Shown one piece after another: positions 62,170 to 64,000 of a DNA stretch of 64,000 nt. This DNA is from a phage, in the sequence record PV946933.1. One strand, written 5' to 3'. A program made the position numbers and the translations under genes. Numbering within the stretch: the stretch's first letter is position 1; every line of letters begins with the position of its first letter. Under the pieces are notes generated by a model, which worked only from the letters and a program-made list of their open reading frames with translations, was not told where the DNA came from and made no database searches.

Positions 62170-63129
62170 ATGATTACTGTAAATGAAAAAGAACACATTC
62201 TTGAACAGAAATATCGTCCATCTACTATCGATGAATGTATTCTTCCCGCCTTTGATAAAGAAACCTTTAAATCTATTACAAGTAAAGGTAAGATTCCACA
62301 TATTATTCTTCATTCTCCTTCTCCAGGAACAGGTAAAACAACCGTAGCAAAAGCATTGTGTCATGACGTAAATGCTGATATGATGTTTGTGAATGGGTCA
62401 GATTGTAAAATTGATTTCGTTCGCGGTCCTTTGACCAATTTTGCTAGTGCAGCTTCATTTGATGGTCGTCAAAAAGTAATCGTCATTGATGAATTTGACC
62501 GTTCAGGATTAGCAGAGTCTCAGCGACATCTTCGTTCCTTTATGGAAGCTTATAGTTCAAACTGCAGTATTATTATTACTGCTAACAATATTGATGGTAT
62601 TATTAAACCGCTTCAGTCACGCTGCCGAGTTATTACATTCGGTCAACCGACCGATGAAGATAAAATTGAAATGATGAAGCAGATGATTCGTCGATTGACT
62701 GAAATCTGTAAGCATGAAGGAATTGCTATAGCTGATATGAAAGTTGTAGCAGCTTTGGTTAAAAAGAATTTTCCTGATTTTCGTAAAACTATTGGCGAGC
62801 TTGATAGTTATTCATCTAAAGGTGTTTTGGATGCTGGTATTTTATCACTGGTTACTAACGATCGTGGTGCTATTGATGATGTTCTTGAATCTCTCAAAAA
62901 TAAAGATGTTAAACAGCTCAGAGCTTTAGCGCCAAAATATGCAGCTGATTATTCGTGGTTCGTAGGTAAACTTGCCGAAGAAATTTATTCACGTGTAACT
63001 CCGCAAAGTATTATTCGTATGTATGAAATTGTTGGTGAAAATAACCAGTATCATGGAATTGCGGCTAATACTGAATTACATTTAGCATATCTTTTCATTC
63101 AATTAGCGTGTGAAATGCAGTGGAAGTGA
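62170..63129 (+). CDS. 44: Clamp loader large subunit gp44 (AAA+ ATPase)
   Basis: ORF track frame 62155..63129; start at [17 protein letters not shown] (319 aa); Walker [11 protein letters not shown]; recognised as T4 gp44. Confidence 0.95.
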
Positions 63130-63130
63130 T

Positions 63131-63694
63131 ATGAGCTTATTTGAAGATGATATTCAATTAAACGAGCATCAAGTTGCTTGGTATTCAAAAGATTGGACAG
63201 CTGTCCAATCTGCTGCTGATTCTTTTAAAGAAAAAGCTGAAAATGAATTTTTTGAAATAATTGGAGCTATTAATAATAAAACTAAATGCTCTATTGCTCA
63301 AAAAGATTATTCAAAATACATGGTTGAGAATGCATTATCACAATTTCCGGAGTGCATGCCAGCTGTATATGCTATGAATTTAATTGGATCAGGTTTAAGC
63401 GATGAAGCCCATTTTAATTATCTGATGGCTGCTGTTCCTCGGGGTAAAAGATATGGTAAATGGGCAAAACTGGTTGAAGATTCTACTGAAGTATTGATTA
63501 TTAAGTTACTTGCTAAGCGGTATCAAGTTAATACAAATGATGCAATTAACTATAAATCAATTCTTACTAAAAATGGAAAACTTCCTTTAGTATTAAAAGA
63601 ACTAAAAGGTTTAGTCACGGATGATTTTTTGAAAGAAGTGACTAAGAATGTAAAAGAACAGAAACAACTTAAAAAACTAGCATTGGAATGGTAA
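63131..63694 (+). CDS. 62: Clamp loader small subunit gp62
   Basis: ORF track frame 63110..63694; start at [22 protein letters not shown] (187 aa); recognised as T4 gp62. Confidence 0.9.
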   Translation: MSLFEDDIQLNEHQVAWYSKDWTAVQSAADSFKEKAENEFFEIIGAINNKTKCSIAQKDYSKYMVENALSQFPECMPAVYAMNLIGSGLSDEAHFNYLMAAVPRGKRYGKWAKLVEDSTEVLIIKLLAKRYQVNTNDAINYKSILTKNGKLPLVLKELKGLVTDDFLKEVTKNVKEQKQLKKLALEW

Positions 63695-63695
63695 A

Positions 63696-64000
63696 ATGAT
63701 TGAAATTACTCTTAAAAAACCTGAAGATTTTCTGAAAGTTAAAGAAACTTTGACTCGTATGGGAATTGCTAATAATAAAGATAAAGTTCTGTATCAGTCC
63801 TGTCATATTCTTCAGAAAAAAGGACTATACTATATCGTTCATTTTAAAGAAATGCTTCGTATGGATGGTCGTCAAGTTGAAATGACAGAAGAAGATGAAG
63901 TTCGTCGTGATTCGATTGCATGGCTGTTAGAAGATTGGGGACTGATTGAAATCGCTCCAGGTCAAAGAACTTTTATGAAAGATTTAACTAATAACTTCCG
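63696..64000 (+). CDS. regA: Translational repressor RegA (partial; 3' end beyond window)
   Basis: Hand-translated MIEITLKKPEDFLKVKETLTRMGIANNKDKVLYQSCHILQKKGLYYIVHFKEML... runs off window end; recognised as T4 RegA. Confidence 0.85.
   Translation, partial: MIEITLKKPEDFLKVKETLTRMGIANNKDKVLYQSCHILQKKGLYYIVHFKEMLRMDGRQVEMTEEDEVRRDSIAWLLEDWGLIEIAPGQRTFMKDLTNNF

Overview
This window is a contiguous segment of a T-even (T4-like) myovirus genome, in reverse orientation to the conventional T4 map. Gene order and many protein sequences match T4 closely (lysozyme e, tk, nrdC, endonuclease VII, gp45, gp44, gp62, regA), but it is not T4 itself: lysozyme carries a few substitutions, nrdD is one uninterrupted ORF and no homing-endonuclease genes were recognised. 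Layout: (1) 1-18109, minus strand, late neck/baseplate module 15-14-13-wac-12-11-10-9-8-7-6-5.4-5.1-5-53; (2) 18157-21530, plus strand, genes 4, 2, 3, 1, 57A, 57B; (3) 21.5-31 kb, an accessory region with seven internal-protein-like genes carrying a capsid-targeting leader (MKT[YF]xEF[IL]xE), a 10-tRNA cluster, a Nudix hydrolase and lysozyme e; (4) 31-47.5 kb, early genes including a GrcA-like glycyl-radical protein, regB-like ORF, SLT transglycosylase, a macro-domain protein, tk, rI, an NTase-fold protein, an AAA ATPase and tandem paralogues; (5) 47.5-64 kb, nrdC, 49, nrdD, nrdG, nrdH, 55, a-gt, 47, 46, rpbA, 45, 44, 62 and the start of regA. Regulatory signals readable by eye include T4-type early promoters (GTTTAC, 18 nt, TAnnAT), late promoters (TATAAATA), C(UUCG)G hairpins and RBS-sequestering hairpins at e and 49. 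No CRISPR array, integrase or transposase was seen. No complete novel multi-gene system can be established from sequence alone; the strongest candidates for new biology are the expanded internal-protein repertoire, the macro-domain protein, the NTase/ATPase pair and an ORF-free tRNA-like region after the tRNA cluster. CDS coordinates follow the ORF track; positions of RNAs, promoters and hairpins were counted by hand and may be off by 1-2 nt. Product names rest on recognition of T4 proteins from memory and on motifs, not on database searches.
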